NCBI GenBank assembly: GCA_965206645.1
Contig: CBDBKE010000004.1
Coordinates: forward strand, 608,001 to 672,000
Direction: 5' to 3'
Length of the DNA stretch: 64,000 bases
From: Terriglobia bacterium
GTDB taxonomy: Bacteria > Acidobacteriota > Terriglobia > JAJPHL01 > JAPKYU01
In this document: positions 39,322-50,060 of the stretch, piece after piece
Layout: every line of letters begins with the position of its first letter
How positions within the stretch are numbered: position 1 is the first letter of the stretch
Notes under the pieces: generated by a model
What the model saw: the letters and a program-made list of their open reading frames with translations, nothing else
Databases searched by the model: none
What the model was told of the DNA's origin: nothing
Program-made: the position numbers and the translations under genes

Positions 39322-40760
39322 GAGGGTGTCCTGAACTCAGTTGAAAGTTCGTAGCGGCGGTTCGGAGCCATCATACTACGCCACCTCCCGTCGAGTGGCC
39401 GACTTTGATCCTTCGAGGATCGCTTTCAACATCCACAGGTCCTGGTACCCCATCAGGCGGCGGAAGTTTTTCTCCGTGGCCAGGAAGCTGGAGGCGACCC
39501 AGCGCTGGACCATGGCCGCATCCCGCCAGCGGCACACCCGGCGAGTTCGCAACCTCACTCCCGCCTGCGGACTCTCGATGAGATTGGTGGTGGCCAGACA
39601 GCGATGTAGCGAAGCCGGAAGCCCCAGCCGGTTGATGGTGAAACATTCCTCCAGACCCTCCCGTAAGCTGGCCGCCGCGGCCGGACAATCTCGCTCCAAC
39701 CATTGGGCCAACTTCTCCAGCTTGGCCCTGCCGGTCTTCGGATCCAACCGCCAGGCGGCCCGCATCGCCGCCCGCACCTGGTCCCGCTCTGGCTCCGGCA
39801 ACCGGTCCAGGACGTTGCGCAACTTGTGGGCGCGGCAGCGCTGCACCGGCTGCTCGGCCCCGAACACGGCGCGGATCGCCGCCCGCAAGGCCTTCGAGCC
39901 GTCGATCACAAACAGCCGTTTCTGGGCCGGCTGCACCCCTCGCCGCACTAAACCTTCCAGCAAGTCCTGGACGGCCGCGGCGTTCTCCGTAGCCCCCTGC
40001 TGAATCCCCAGCACGTGCTTGTGCCCTTCCGCATCCACGCCCACAGCCGCAATCACGTGATGGTCGCCAAACACCATCCCGTCGATGTAGAGGATCAGCA
40101 ACTCTACTTCCTCGAAGCGGCGGTTCAACAGACGTTCTAACTCGGCTGCGGCAGCCTCCATCGTTTCCCGGCTGACCGTGGAGCGCGACACACCCACGGT
40201 GTCCGCCATCTCCGGCAACACCCGCTGGTACTGCCGGGTCGAGACGCCCCGCAGCAAGATATCCAACATCCGGGCCCCCAGACCCTCGCCCTCCTGCATG
40301 GCTTCGTAGGCCGGGAGGGGAACTTCTTTCCCCGCTCCCCGGCCTGGCCGCCGGAGCCGTGGCCTGTGCACGGCCAGCTTTCTCTCCTTCAGGCGCACCC
40401 GTCCCCGCTGGCGCCCATACCAGCCCACCCCACGGCGCCGCCGGCCCTGACGGCGTGGACCGGCCACCTGCGCGGCCGACAACTCCAGCACCGCTTCAAT
40501 CGCCGCCCTACCCACCACGTCGATCAGCTCGTCGACGGCTAACCGCGATTGTTCGATCAACTCCACCCAGGGCAGCAGAAACTGCCCGTGGCGAGCCAGG
40601 TAGGCAGCCAGTTTGCGGGAGCTTCGGCTATCGCTCCGGCCTAGGATGTGGTAGCTTCTCTGCACGGCGGTTCCCCTTTCCAGAAAGTTTCCCAACCCGA
40701 TTCTACGGAACCAGGTCAGCGAACCGCCGCTCAACTTTCAACTAAAGGTGAGACACTCTC
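39322..40760 (-). mobile_element. IS256-family insertion sequence
   Basis: Imperfect TIRs GAGGGTGTC..AGTTGAAAGTT..GCGGCGGTTC at both ends; transposase inside; no target duplication. Confidence 0.9.
39376..40665 (-). CDS. IS256 (Mutator-like) transposase
   Basis: GVSTR, YIDG, VIDGSKAL, QRCRAHK, TTNLIES. Confidence 0.93.
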   Translation of the reverse strand: MQRSYHILGRSDSRSSRKLAAYLARHGQFLLPWVELIEQSRLAVDELIDVVGRAAIEAVLELSAAQVAGPRRQGRRRRGVGWYGRQRGRVRLKERKLAVHRPRLRRPGRGAGKEVPLPAYEAMQEGEGLGARMLDILLRGVSTRQYQRVLPEMADTVGVSRSTVSRETMEAAAAELERLLNRRFEEVELLILYIDGMVFGDHHVIAAVGVDAEGHKHVLGIQQGATENAAAVQDLLEGLVRRGVQPAQKRLFVIDGSKALRAAIRAVFGAEQPVQRCRAHKLRNVLDRLPEPERDQVRAAMRAAWRLDPKTGRAKLEKLAQWLERDCPAAAASLREGLEECFTINRLGLPASLHRCLATTNLIESPQAGVRLRTRRVCRWRDAAMVQRWVASSFLATEKNFRRLMGYQDLWMLKAILEGSKSATRREVA

Positions 40761-41059
40761 TTCAACGTTGCCACTGCGGCACTGCCTTCAAAAACACCCA
40801 CCTTGGGCGGCGGGGAGTGGGGCCTTGGGTTGCCTGGAGTGGGAGCGCTGGGGAAGACCACCCACACCTTGGGGGGAACCGGCGCCTGCACTTTGGGCTG
40901 TTCGAGGCGCGGGACGGCTCGCAACGGGGGCGCTAGAGGCGCCTGGACGGGCGGAAGCGAGAGTTTCGGGGCTTCCATCTTCCACACCGGCCTCGGCGGC
41001 ATGGGAGCGCGCGCCTGCTGCTTTGGAGGTGTCACCAAATCGATATAGACGGGCGGCGG
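40761..41059 (-). pseudogene. Pro-rich internal fragment, probably of a TonB-like energy transducer, between two ISs
   Basis: Open Pro-rich frame ending KVGVFEGSAAVATLK; cut at both ends by IS termini. Confidence 0.45.
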
Positions 41060-41208
41060 TGACCAGACCGATTTTTTGTACCAACCGTAGTGAGAGTTCA
41101 CATCGCAGCCTGGGGCTGTGAAACTGGTTTCAGTGGCAGGGGAGGGCTATAGGCCCCCGGCGCCGGGGGCCTATAGCCGAGCGCCGATCCCTTTTGATTT
41201 CCAGCCAG

Positions 41209-42050
41209 CTAAACCGAGTTTCCACACAGGTAGGCCCCCGGCGCCGGGGGCCTATAGCCGAGCGGCCGCACCGTGTTGTATTGCACCCTCCACTGTTCAA
41301 TCACCACCTGTGCCTCCTTCAACGAGTAGAAGATCTCTCCATTCAGGCATTCGTCCCGCAGCTTCCCATTGAAACTCTCGCAGTACCCGTTCTCCCAGGG
41401 ACTGCCCGGTTCGATGTACAGTGTCCCGGTCCCTAGATTTGCCAACCACTGGCGCAGTTGTTTGGCGATGAACTCGGGACCATTGTCGGATCGAATCTGT
41501 TCCGGTATCCCTCGCCACAACATCACGTCCGACAACGCCTCAATGATTTGTTGGCTGCCCATCCTCCGCTCCACCCGGATCGCCAGGCATTCCCGCGTGT
41601 ACTCATCCAGCAAGGTCAGCAGCCGCAGCGTTCTCCCCTCGTGCGTTCTGGCACTCATGAAGTCGTAGCTCCACACGTGGTTCGGTCGCTCCGGCCTCAG
41701 TCGTACACAGGAACCGTCGTTCAGCCACAGCCGTCCTCGCGGCCTTTGTTTTTGCGGCACTTTCAGCCCTTCCCGCCGCCAAATCCGCTGCACCCGGTCC
41801 TTGCCCACTTCCCAGCCCGCACTCCGCAGCAACGCTGTGATCCTCCGGTAGCCATATCGCCCGTACTTCGCTCCCAGGGCAATGATCGCTCGGGTCAGAG
41901 CATCCTCGTCCACCCGATGAATCGGCTCGTATCGTTGTGTCCCTCGCCATTGCCCCAGCAGCCGGCAGGCATGCCGTTCCGACAACCCGTGTTGCTCCCA
42001 CGCACGCTCCACCGCACAACGCCGCCGCTCAGGGCTCAGAAGTTTCCCTG
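41209..42050 (-). CDS. IS3 OrfB DDE transposase (via -1 frameshift; C-terminus disturbed by duplication)
   Basis: YGYRRI, WSYDF, SDNGPEF, PWENGYCESFNG. Confidence 0.9.
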
Positions 42051-42314
42051 TGCCACATCCCGCAGTACCTGCTTCTCCAGAGAAAGCTCCGCTACCAACC
42101 GCTTCAGCCGCGTGTTTTCCTTCTCCAACTCCTTCAGCCGTTTTGCCTGCACCACCTTCAGCCCGCCGTATTCCTTCCGCCACCGGTAGTAGGTTTGGGT
42201 GTGGATTCCAGCTTCTTTGCAGGCTTGGGGCGCAGTCTTCCCGTTCCCCATCTGCACTTCTATCTGCCGCAGCACCGCTACAATCTGCTCCGGCTTGTAA
42301 CTCCTTGTCGGCAT
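42036..42314 (-). CDS. IS3 OrfA
   Basis: EQIVAVLR, QTYYRWRKEYGG, RLKELEKENTRLKRLVA. Confidence 0.92.
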   Translation of the reverse strand: MPTRSYKPEQIVAVLRQIEVQMGNGKTAPQACKEAGIHTQTYYRWRKEYGGLKVVQAKRLKELEKENTRLKRLVAELSLEKQVLRDVAQGNF

Positions 42315-42378
42315 GACCTCACTTCCTCCTCAAGTGGATTCTCTCTCTTTCCACTTGGTACAAAAAGTGCCGGTCAGG

Positions 42379-42525
42379 TCACGCCCGCTCGCCCAGGTGC
42401 AGGTAATCTTCGACCCGGACGCGGGAGTCGACCAGCCTGGGACCAAACTTGTTGTAAAGCGTCACCAGCCCTACGAACCAGGCACTCCCGGCCGTGCTAA
42501 TGATGAGGAAACGTCTACGGTCCAC
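42379..42525 (-). pseudogene. 5' fragment of a gene with a Tat-like signal, truncated by IS3
   Basis: GTG start reading MDRRRFLIISTAGSAWFVGLVTLY...; stop supplied by the TGA of the IS end. Confidence 0.45.
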
Positions 42526-42683
42526 TCTTCCACCATTTTAACCCTAGGTTCTTAGATTCTCCACTCGCTTACCAGAAAATCTTTTGTGCGCATCTTGCAG
42601 ATCCTTGAAAGGTACCTGCGGACCTCCCTCATGGATCCGGAGGCTGCGGCTACGCGCAGACTCTATGAGAGAATGGGGCGGAT

Positions 42684-43544
42684 GTGGTGGTAAGCGATCT
42701 GTCGGAAGTTGCTGTGTCGGATATACCTTCCAGCTCAGACCCGAATACCGAGGATCTTCCCTCCGCCACCGGGCGTATTGAGGAGATTGCTGGCGGCTTG
42801 CCCGGCAAGCGTATCGCTGTTTTTCTTGACTACGATGGGACGCTCACGCCAATTGTGGATCATCCTGACCAGGCAGTACTCTCCGAAACCGTCCGCAGTA
42901 CTGTCGACGAACTCTCAAGGCGGTGTACGGTGGCAATCATAAGTGGAAGAGACCTGCCCGACATCAAACGGCTAGTGGGCCTGCAGGAGATCTTCTACGC
43001 AGGCAGCCATGGCTTCGAGATCGAGGGGCCTCGGAACTCGCCTCTGCAGAAGGAACAAGCTACCGATTTGCTCCCTGTGCTCGACAGCGTCGAGCAAGAG
43101 CTCCGTGAGCGGCTGGGGAAGGTTGCCGGCGTCCTCGTGGAACGCAAGAAGTTCTCCATTGCAGCTCATTTCCGGAAAGTTAGAGAAGGAAACGAACGTG
43201 TGGTAGAGGACATAGTCGACCAATTGCTCGCCCGTCACCCGGAGCTGCGCAAGCTATGCGGCAAGAAAGTGTACGACCTGCAGCCAAAAGTCGACTGGGA
43301 CAAAGGCAAGACTGTCCTGTGGCTACTGGAAAAGCTAGGACTGGATCGGCCAGACGTTCTGCCCATCTATATCGGCGATGACGTAACCGATGAGGATGCA
43401 TTCAAGGCCCTAGCGGGCCGCGGAGTGGGGATCGTGGTCCGAAACGGACCCCGCGGAACCGCCGCTCGGTATTCCCTGCAGAATGCGGGCGAGGTTAGGC
43501 ACTTTCTCCAACTACTCACATCCAAATTAGAAAAAGATTCCTGA
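42684..43544 (+). CDS. otsB: Trehalose-6-phosphate phosphatase (HAD IIB)
   Basis: FLDYDGTLTPIV, ISGR, YAGSHG, WDKG, IGDDVTDEDAF. Confidence 0.92.
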   Translation: MVVSDLSEVAVSDIPSSSDPNTEDLPSATGRIEEIAGGLPGKRIAVFLDYDGTLTPIVDHPDQAVLSETVRSTVDELSRRCTVAIISGRDLPDIKRLVGLQEIFYAGSHGFEIEGPRNSPLQKEQATDLLPVLDSVEQELRERLGKVAGVLVERKKFSIAAHFRKVREGNERVVEDIVDQLLARHPELRKLCGKKVYDLQPKVDWDKGKTVLWLLEKLGLDRPDVLPIYIGDDVTDEDAFKALAGRGVGIVVRNGPRGTAARYSLQNAGEVRHFLQLLTSKLEKDS

Positions 43545-43798
43545 TGAACTCGTAGTCGCTGGTATTCGAGGGCTTCGATCCTGCTCAGGGGGGCTTCGCG
43601 AGGCCCTTTGCGCCCGCTAAGAACGGCGCACCACTTCTGCTCACCTCCACGTATTGCGAAAACCACAGTGATACGCATTTCCACTCCAAGCCAATGTGCC
43701 TACGCAGGGACGAATAGCGGGCACGAACAATGTCGCCGACACTACGGGGGCTGAGCCGTCGTGCAGATAGGGCTGGCTGTCCACCTGCACACGGCTAT

Positions 43799-44545
43799 TC
43801 AACGCGCCCGAGCTTTACGAGAGGGATGGCCTATCTCTTGCTGCAATCGCTGCTGCAATCGCTGATTGAAAAGGTCAACGTAGAGATCAAGCCGTACCAG
43901 CGGGCGGCTGACGACTTCACTGTTGGCCTCCTCAATCAACCCTGAGGTCACCGTCCCACGGCCCGCTTGGTAAGCAGCCTCGAAAACGTCGGCCGCCAGC
44001 AGACCTCGATCAAGCAACCAAGTCAAGGCCGCCGAATGAGGCCGGAGCAGCGCACCCGCAAATTCTCGTGTGGTGTTCGCGCAATAAGCCCTGACATGCG
44101 CCAGTAACGGGGCAAACGTATCCAATTCCCAGGCCGTGGAGGTCGCGACCAACACGAACTTGCCCGGCTTCGTCGGCCGGGAGTGCTTCGGCGAGCGACC
44201 GTCGTGCACCTCTAGAAACGGAGGGGTCAGCGCAGTCATCCGGTCCAGGAGGTTTTTCATCTGGGCGCACATGCCGTCGCAATAGACCGGAGTGGCGAAC
44301 ACCCAGATGTCAGCCTCTTCCAGCCTGGGCCGAAGGATATCCATATCGTCCTTCCGCGCACGCTTCCCCTTTCCTTTCAGCCACGGGCTCAGGTCCCCCT
44401 CGGCCAGTGCTAAACGAAGATCCCTCAAGAAGAAAACTTCAACGTCCGCTCCCCGATCCCTGATTCCCGCAATGAAGGGGCCCAGGATCAGGATCGTCCG
44501 GCTGGAATCGAATGGCGGGCTACAGTCAATGGCGATGACTTTCAC
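43799..44545 (-). CDS. Flavodoxin-fold / iron-sulfur flavoprotein homolog lacking cluster cysteines
   Basis: MKVIAIDCSP, DDMD..ADIWVFATPVY, MKNLLDR, FAGALLRPH. Confidence 0.8.
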   Translation of the reverse strand: MKVIAIDCSPPFDSSRTILILGPFIAGIRDRGADVEVFFLRDLRLALAEGDLSPWLKGKGKRARKDDMDILRPRLEEADIWVFATPVYCDGMCAQMKNLLDRMTALTPPFLEVHDGRSPKHSRPTKPGKFVLVATSTAWELDTFAPLLAHVRAYCANTTREFAGALLRPHSAALTWLLDRGLLAADVFEAAYQAGRGTVTSGLIEEANSEVVSRPLVRLDLYVDLFNQRLQQRLQQEIGHPSRKARAR

Positions 44546-45104
44546 AAACCTGCTCCCGTCGGTGGCAGAGTGTCGTTGGCTGAAACACTAACGCAGTCCC
44601 GTCAGTTCCGTCGAGTCAAAAAGCGAGTGGAAAGAGGCCCCGGAAAGCGTTCAACCCGTGGCGCGTGCAGGTTCGCCGCGAAGTCATGCAGACCCATCAT
44701 AAACCGGCGCTTCGTTTGCAGGGCGACGCAGCTCTGCACTGGCAATCAATTGCAGTTGCCCTTTGGTTTGAGGCCGCGAAAAAACGGACGCAGATTCCAG
44801 CGATCGGCATAGCCAGGCAATCGGTGCCGGTAAGGCAAGGCTCCGAGGGACGCCCTAAACTGGTATACTCCTCAAGTGGATCAGCCAAGCGGTGCAAGGG
44901 TGGGACAGATCTTCACCGGATAGTGGAGTAGTAGCTGATGCCGAGCTGTTGGGGTAGCAACTTCCCGGGTATTTTCGTGTTTAGAGCTTTAGCGGGTGCG
45001 ACCTGTGGGGTTGCGCGCCCAGCGGCTTCTGCGCCACTCCAGATGGCGCGCCAACGCGGGGACCGGCCAAACCGGGGCCTGAGGCGAAGGAAGAATCTGC
45101 TGAA

Positions 45105-46847
45105 ATGATTCAGTTTATAAAACGGATTCGTCTTAGCGAAGCTTTCCAGAGGCATCGCTTTCTGCGTCTCCGCTTTCTAGTCCCTTTGGGGTTGGTGGTC
45201 GCGGGAGTCGCATATCTGGGATTGAAGGACGGGGATGACGGGGGCAACGATACATACATCACAGTGGAAACTACCCGTGGAAGTATCCGGCACTCTGTCA
45301 GCTCCACAGGGATCCTTCAGGCGGTAGTAACCGTGCAGGTGGGAAGCGAGGTCTCGGGACGTGTGAGGGAGCTTGATGCGGACTTCAACAGCCTAGTGAA
45401 AAAGGGGCAGCTCCTGGCGGTCATCGACCCCGCAAACTTTGAAGCCCAAAGAGCTAGGGCTCAAGCTGCTCTGGGCATTGCAAGAGCCAACGTTAAGAAC
45501 GCGGAAGCGGCTCTGGGCAATCGCAGGGCGGAACTGATTAGCTCCAAGGCCAACCTGGAGGCTGCCCGAGTAGCCCGCAAGGACGCCGCGCAAGTCCTGA
45601 AACGTGCCCGGGAGCTCCATGAGGACGCGCTCATCCCCGAGCGAGAGATAGAAGCAGCCCAAGCCTCCTTTGAACAGGCCGCAGCTAGGGAGAATCAAGC
45701 AGCCGCCCAGGTGAACCAAATCGAAGCAGCCATCGGTTCCGCACAGGCCCAATTAGAGCAGGCTGAGGCCAGCGTTAAGCAAGCGGAAGCGGAGCTGCGC
45801 GTCGCTGAAGTGAATCTTAGGCACACCAGGATCATATCGCCGATTGATGGTGTCGTGATCGAACGCAATGTGGACATTGGGCAAACGGTGGCAGCAAGCT
45901 TTCAAGCTCCTGTGCTATTTCTGATCGCCAATGATCTGCGCCAGATGCAGGTAATTGCTCAGGTGGACGAAGCTGACATTGGTGCCCTTTCCGAAGAGGC
46001 GCAGGTCGAATTCATTGTGGATGCCTTCCCTCAAGACACCTTTCACGGCAAGATCTCTGAGATACGGTTGAGCTCCAAGCTTCCTGCCAGCGCAACGCCT
46101 GATTCCAGCACAGGCGGAGGGTCCACCTCCAACGTGGTGACCTATAACGTCATCATCGATGTGGCCAATCCCGACCTAAAGTTGAGGCCGGGGATGACAG
46201 CCAACGTGACTTTTACCGTCGCCGCTGAGCAAAACGTGCTGAAGATAGCGAATGCCGCCTTGCGCTATCAGCCAGCCGATGAGCGCATGTCGGAACAGCT
46301 CGAGAAGCTGGAACACTCACCGAAGTCCGGTGCACCTGCAGGCACCGTTCAAGAGGCGTCTTCCTCACAAGGAGGTACGCCGGAGAGTGGCAACCCCAGA
46401 AGAGGAAGGGGATGGAGCCGTGGCAGGGATGACGGTGCTCCTCGTTCAGCTCGGAACCAGAAAGGGCAACAGCCACCGGGAAAGCCCCGAGCGGGCTCTG
46501 GACCGCTCCGGGCGGATGCCGAGCGTCCTACCCTGGCTGACAATCCTAGTCCAGACCGTTATCGCGTCCAGCCGGAGGCGAAGATCCACTTTCCCCCAAC
46601 GGAGGTATCCAGGCCGCGTTGGAGTACCGTTTGGGCGCTGGATGAGAACGGAGAACTCGCGCCCCATCGTGTCAAACTCGGCATCACCAATGGAAGGGAG
46701 ACGGCGGTCCTTGAGGGAGAGCTCTCTGAAGGCGCCATGATCGTGACGGGTGAATACCTGGATGGTGATGAGGTTGGCGCGCGCTCGCCTTTTGGTGGGC
46801 CATTCGGGCGCCGCCGGCCTAGAAGACAGCAACGTAGGCAACGCTAG
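45105..46847 (+). CDS. MacA-like periplasmic adaptor
   Basis: VQVGSEVSG, long helical hairpin, SPIDGVVI, VDEADIG, LRPGMTA. Confidence 0.9.
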   Translation: MIQFIKRIRLSEAFQRHRFLRLRFLVPLGLVVAGVAYLGLKDGDDGGNDTYITVETTRGSIRHSVSSTGILQAVVTVQVGSEVSGRVRELDADFNSLVKKGQLLAVIDPANFEAQRARAQAALGIARANVKNAEAALGNRRAELISSKANLEAARVARKDAAQVLKRARELHEDALIPEREIEAAQASFEQAAARENQAAAQVNQIEAAIGSAQAQLEQAEASVKQAEAELRVAEVNLRHTRIISPIDGVVIERNVDIGQTVAASFQAPVLFLIANDLRQMQVIAQVDEADIGALSEEAQVEFIVDAFPQDTFHGKISEIRLSSKLPASATPDSSTGGGSTSNVVTYNVIIDVANPDLKLRPGMTANVTFTVAAEQNVLKIANAALRYQPADERMSEQLEKLEHSPKSGAPAGTVQEASSSQGGTPESGNPRRGRGWSRGRDDGAPRSARNQKGQQPPGKPRAGSGPLRADAERPTLADNPSPDRYRVQPEAKIHFPPTEVSRPRWSTVWALDENGELAPHRVKLGITNGRETAVLEGELSEGAMIVTGEYLDGDEVGARSPFGGPFGRRRPRRQQRRQR

Positions 46848-46885
46848 CCGCGCTGAATCCACAAGCGAACCTGCATGAAGCGCGT

Positions 46886-47635
46886 ATGGGAACAAGCGTA
46901 AGCGCGAACGGGAAGACAGAGCACCAAGAAAGCGCATCCAGTCTCATTTCTCTTCAACATATCCATAAGACATACAGCTTGGGTGAGCAGACTGTACGCG
47001 CCCTCCAGGATGTCTCCTTAGAGATTCCTCGGAGCCAATTCTTGGGCCTGATGGGGGCTTCTGGTTCAGGCAAATCCACAATGCTCAATATCGTGGGATG
47101 TCTAGACCGACCGTCCAGCGGGACTTATCTTCTGGACGGCGAGGATGCGTCCGATCTCTCGTCCGCCCAGCGCTCCGACATTCGTAATCGAAAGATTGGT
47201 TTTGTCTTCCAGAATTTCAATCTCTTGCCGCGAACGACGGTCTGGGAAAATGTAGAGGCGCCCCTACTCTATGCTGGGGTACCAAAGACGGAGCGCAACC
47301 ACCGGGTCCGGCAGGTGCTCGAGACCGTCGGAATTGCGGAAAAAGCGAATGCCCTGCCCACTCAGCTTTCCGGAGGCCAGCAGCAACGGGTGGCCGTGGC
47401 TCGGGCACTGGTCAATCGCCCGGCACTCCTGCTGGCGGACGAGCCCACGGGAAACCTGGATAGTGTGACTTCGCAGGAAATCATGCGTTTCCTGCGTGAT
47501 CTCAACGCTCAGCATGGTCTCACGTTGCTCCTGGTGACCCACGAAGCCGATATAGCCGCCTATGCCGCTCGGATCATCCACATGAGGGACGGTCGCATTC
47601 AACGGGATGAGGAGAATGCAAACCAAATTCTCTAA
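46886..47635 (+). CDS. MacB/LolD-type ABC ATPase
   Basis: [38 protein letters not shown]. Confidence 0.92.
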   Translation: MGTSVSANGKTEHQESASSLISLQHIHKTYSLGEQTVRALQDVSLEIPRSQFLGLMGASGSGKSTMLNIVGCLDRPSSGTYLLDGEDASDLSSAQRSDIRNRKIGFVFQNFNLLPRTTVWENVEAPLLYAGVPKTERNHRVRQVLETVGIAEKANALPTQLSGGQQQRVAVARALVNRPALLLADEPTGNLDSVTSQEIMRFLRDLNAQHGLTLLLVTHEADIAAYAARIIHMRDGRIQRDEENANQIL

Positions 47636-47711
47636 ACGATTCTCAGCCCTGGGCGGAATACCGTGCGAGCCTAGCTGTACGGTGGGCCAGGATTCATAAA
47701 CGAGGCACGCC

Positions 47712-48932
47712 ATGAATCTGCAAATGATTCTCCGAATTTCCCTCAGGGGTCTGAGGCGTAACAAGATCCGGTCGATTCTGACGATGCTCGGCATCATTAT
47801 CGGCGTCGCCGCCTTGATTTCCATGGTCAGCCTGGGGCAAGGCGCCCAGCAACAAGTCCAAGAACAGATCGCTGCCATGGGCACCAACATGCTCTACCTG
47901 AGAGCCGGCAGCCGGCGGGCTTGGGGACTCCAAGGCGGCCCAGGCACGGTGAATACCCTAACTCCAGCGGATATTACGGCTATCGTGCAAGAATGCCCTT
48001 CCGTGCATATTGCTAGCCCCAGTGTGGGGACCCTGGCCCAGGTCGTTTTCGGTAACCAAAATTGGAATACACGAGTAGAAGGTTTTAACCAGCATTTTCC
48101 CGAAATACGCAAATGGCAGGTAGTGCGCGGAACCTTTTTCGATGAAGGCCACGTTAAGACGTCCGCACGGGTGGCTGTTCTAGGTCAGACTTTAGGCGAC
48201 ATTTTGTTTTCAGGAAGCGACCCCGTGGGCCAAACGATCCGGATTCGCAACCTGCCCTTCCACGTGTTGGGAGTCTTGGATGTGAAGGGACAAAATCGGT
48301 GGGGACGAGATCAGGATGACGTCATCATTGTTCCTTACACGACGGCACAAAAGAAACTGCTGGGCGGGATTATGCACATCCAGTCAGCCATGGTCTCCGC
48401 GGTCAGCGCGCGCGCCACTTATACTGCGGAGCAGCAAATCAAAGCCACGTTGCGCCAGCGCCACCGCCTGCGGGCTGTACAGGACGATGACTTCTCCGTG
48501 CGGAACCTCAGCGACATTGCGGATGCCGCTGCAGCTACCAATCGCATTCTAACTGCCTTGCTCGCCAGCATCGCCGCCGTCTCTCTTCTTGTAGGGGGCA
48601 TCGGCATCATGAACATCATGCTTGTAGCCGTGACCGAACGTACCCGAGAGATTGGCATCCGAATGGCTATCGGCGCTCGTCCTAACCAAATACGCGTGCA
48701 GTTTTTAGCCGAATCGATGGTCCTTTGCACCCTGGGAGGTCTGCTAGGGGTGACGACCGGCATTGGTGGTTCCTATGCTATCTTTGGACTTCTGGGCTGG
48801 CCAACGTTACTTTCTCCTGTCTCGATCGTCATCGCAGTTGCCTTCTCCGGCTTTATCGGAGTCTTCTTTGGCTTTTACCCTGCGCATAAGGCCGCCCTTC
48901 TAGACCCGATCGAAGCACTACGCTACGAGTAG
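47712..48932 (+). CDS. MacB-type ABC permease
   Basis: RSILTMLGIIIGV, VGGIGIMNIMLV..ERTREIGIRMAIGA, LDPIEALRYE. Confidence 0.93.
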   Translation: MNLQMILRISLRGLRRNKIRSILTMLGIIIGVAALISMVSLGQGAQQQVQEQIAAMGTNMLYLRAGSRRAWGLQGGPGTVNTLTPADITAIVQECPSVHIASPSVGTLAQVVFGNQNWNTRVEGFNQHFPEIRKWQVVRGTFFDEGHVKTSARVAVLGQTLGDILFSGSDPVGQTIRIRNLPFHVLGVLDVKGQNRWGRDQDDVIIVPYTTAQKKLLGGIMHIQSAMVSAVSARATYTAEQQIKATLRQRHRLRAVQDDDFSVRNLSDIADAAAATNRILTALLASIAAVSLLVGGIGIMNIMLVAVTERTREIGIRMAIGARPNQIRVQFLAESMVLCTLGGLLGVTTGIGGSYAIFGLLGWPTLLSPVSIVIAVAFSGFIGVFFGFYPAHKAALLDPIEALRYE

Positions 48933-49128
48933 TCCAACAGGTCGTCTGGTTCCCGAATCTTAGACAAAGAACGTGCCGGTCTCCGGGCACTCCAGGTGGG
49001 TGTCCTGTGCCCGACAGGCTACAAGTAGCTTTTAAGAGAATAGCTTGAGGGGGAATCTTCTACTTCAACTTTGCGTTCGTCCAGAATCATACGCCAGCCT
49101 GACCTGCCGGCTTTCTTCGGACCACCGA

Positions 49129-50060
49129 TTACTGGAGAACAGCGCCAGTCGGCATGGTTAAGTCGCTCTCGTGTTCTTCTTGGTCAGCGTGAGCCGGCAT
49201 CGCCGGCGAGCGCCCACCGTCATCCGAGCCAGCACGGAGCTGCGCTTTGAACTCGGCTGGCGTCAGATAGCCAAGGCTCGAGTGCGGTCGCACGTCGTTG
49301 TAGTGCCGTCGCCATTGCTCGATCCCCACCTTCGCGTCCACGCGGTTCCGAAACCACTGCAGGCTCAGATACTCGTCGCGGAACTTCCCGTTGAACGATT
49401 CGTCGGTCGCATTCTGCCACGGCTTCCCCGGCTCGATGAGCGCGGTTTCGATCTGCGCCTGGAGCAGCCACCGGAGAATCGCACCCGCGACAAACTCGGG
49501 GCCGTTGTCGGACCGGAGGTAACGTGGGGCTCCGTGGACGCTCACGAGCTGCGTGAGCACCTCGATAACGCGCCCGGACCGAATGCCGCCGGCCACGTCG
49601 ATCGCGAGTGACTCGCGGGTCCATTCGTCGACGACGGTGAGGCACTTGAGCGTCTGCCCATTCGCGCAGGTGTCGAACACGAAGTCGTACGCCCAGACGT
49701 GATTGACCGCAGTGGCGGGCACCGGGCGGGGCCGGCTCAGGGCGACCCGGCGCCGCGGCCGCCGCCGAGGCACCTGCAACCCCGCCTGGCGCCAGAGGCG
49801 ATGGGTCCGGTCCGTGCTCATCGTGTGCCCTTCGCGTTTTAGGAAAATCCGAATCCGGCGATAGCCGTACCGCGGATACTGCGCCGCCAGACGACGCATC
49901 GCGGCCAGCGCCGGGGCATCCCGGTCGACCAGCCGCGACTGGTAGCCCAGCGTGGACCGTGCGACGGAGAGCAAGGCGCACGCGCGGCGACCCGACAGAC
50001 CGCGTGCACGTGCATACGCGACCTGCGGCCGGCGCACGCGTGCGCCTACCATTTTTTTCG
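49129..50060 (-). CDS. IS3 OrfB DDE transposase
   Basis: YPRYGYRRI, WAYDF, SDNGPEF, ESFNGKFRDE, RPHSSLGY. Confidence 0.92.

Larger units (their letters stand above)
41060..42381 (-). mobile_element. IS3-family element (IS407-like)
   Basis: TIRs TGACCAGACCGATTTTTTGTACCAA / TGACCTGACCGGCACTTTTTGTACCAA; orfA/orfB overlap at GGGAAAC. Confidence 0.92.

Noticed and set aside
41145-41264. Two-unit CRISPR-like repeat
   Set aside because: Only two copies, inside an IS transposase gene, and no cas genes
44740-44755. Sigma54-like TGGCAATCAATTGCA
   Set aside because: GG-GC spacing is 9 nt rather than the required 10
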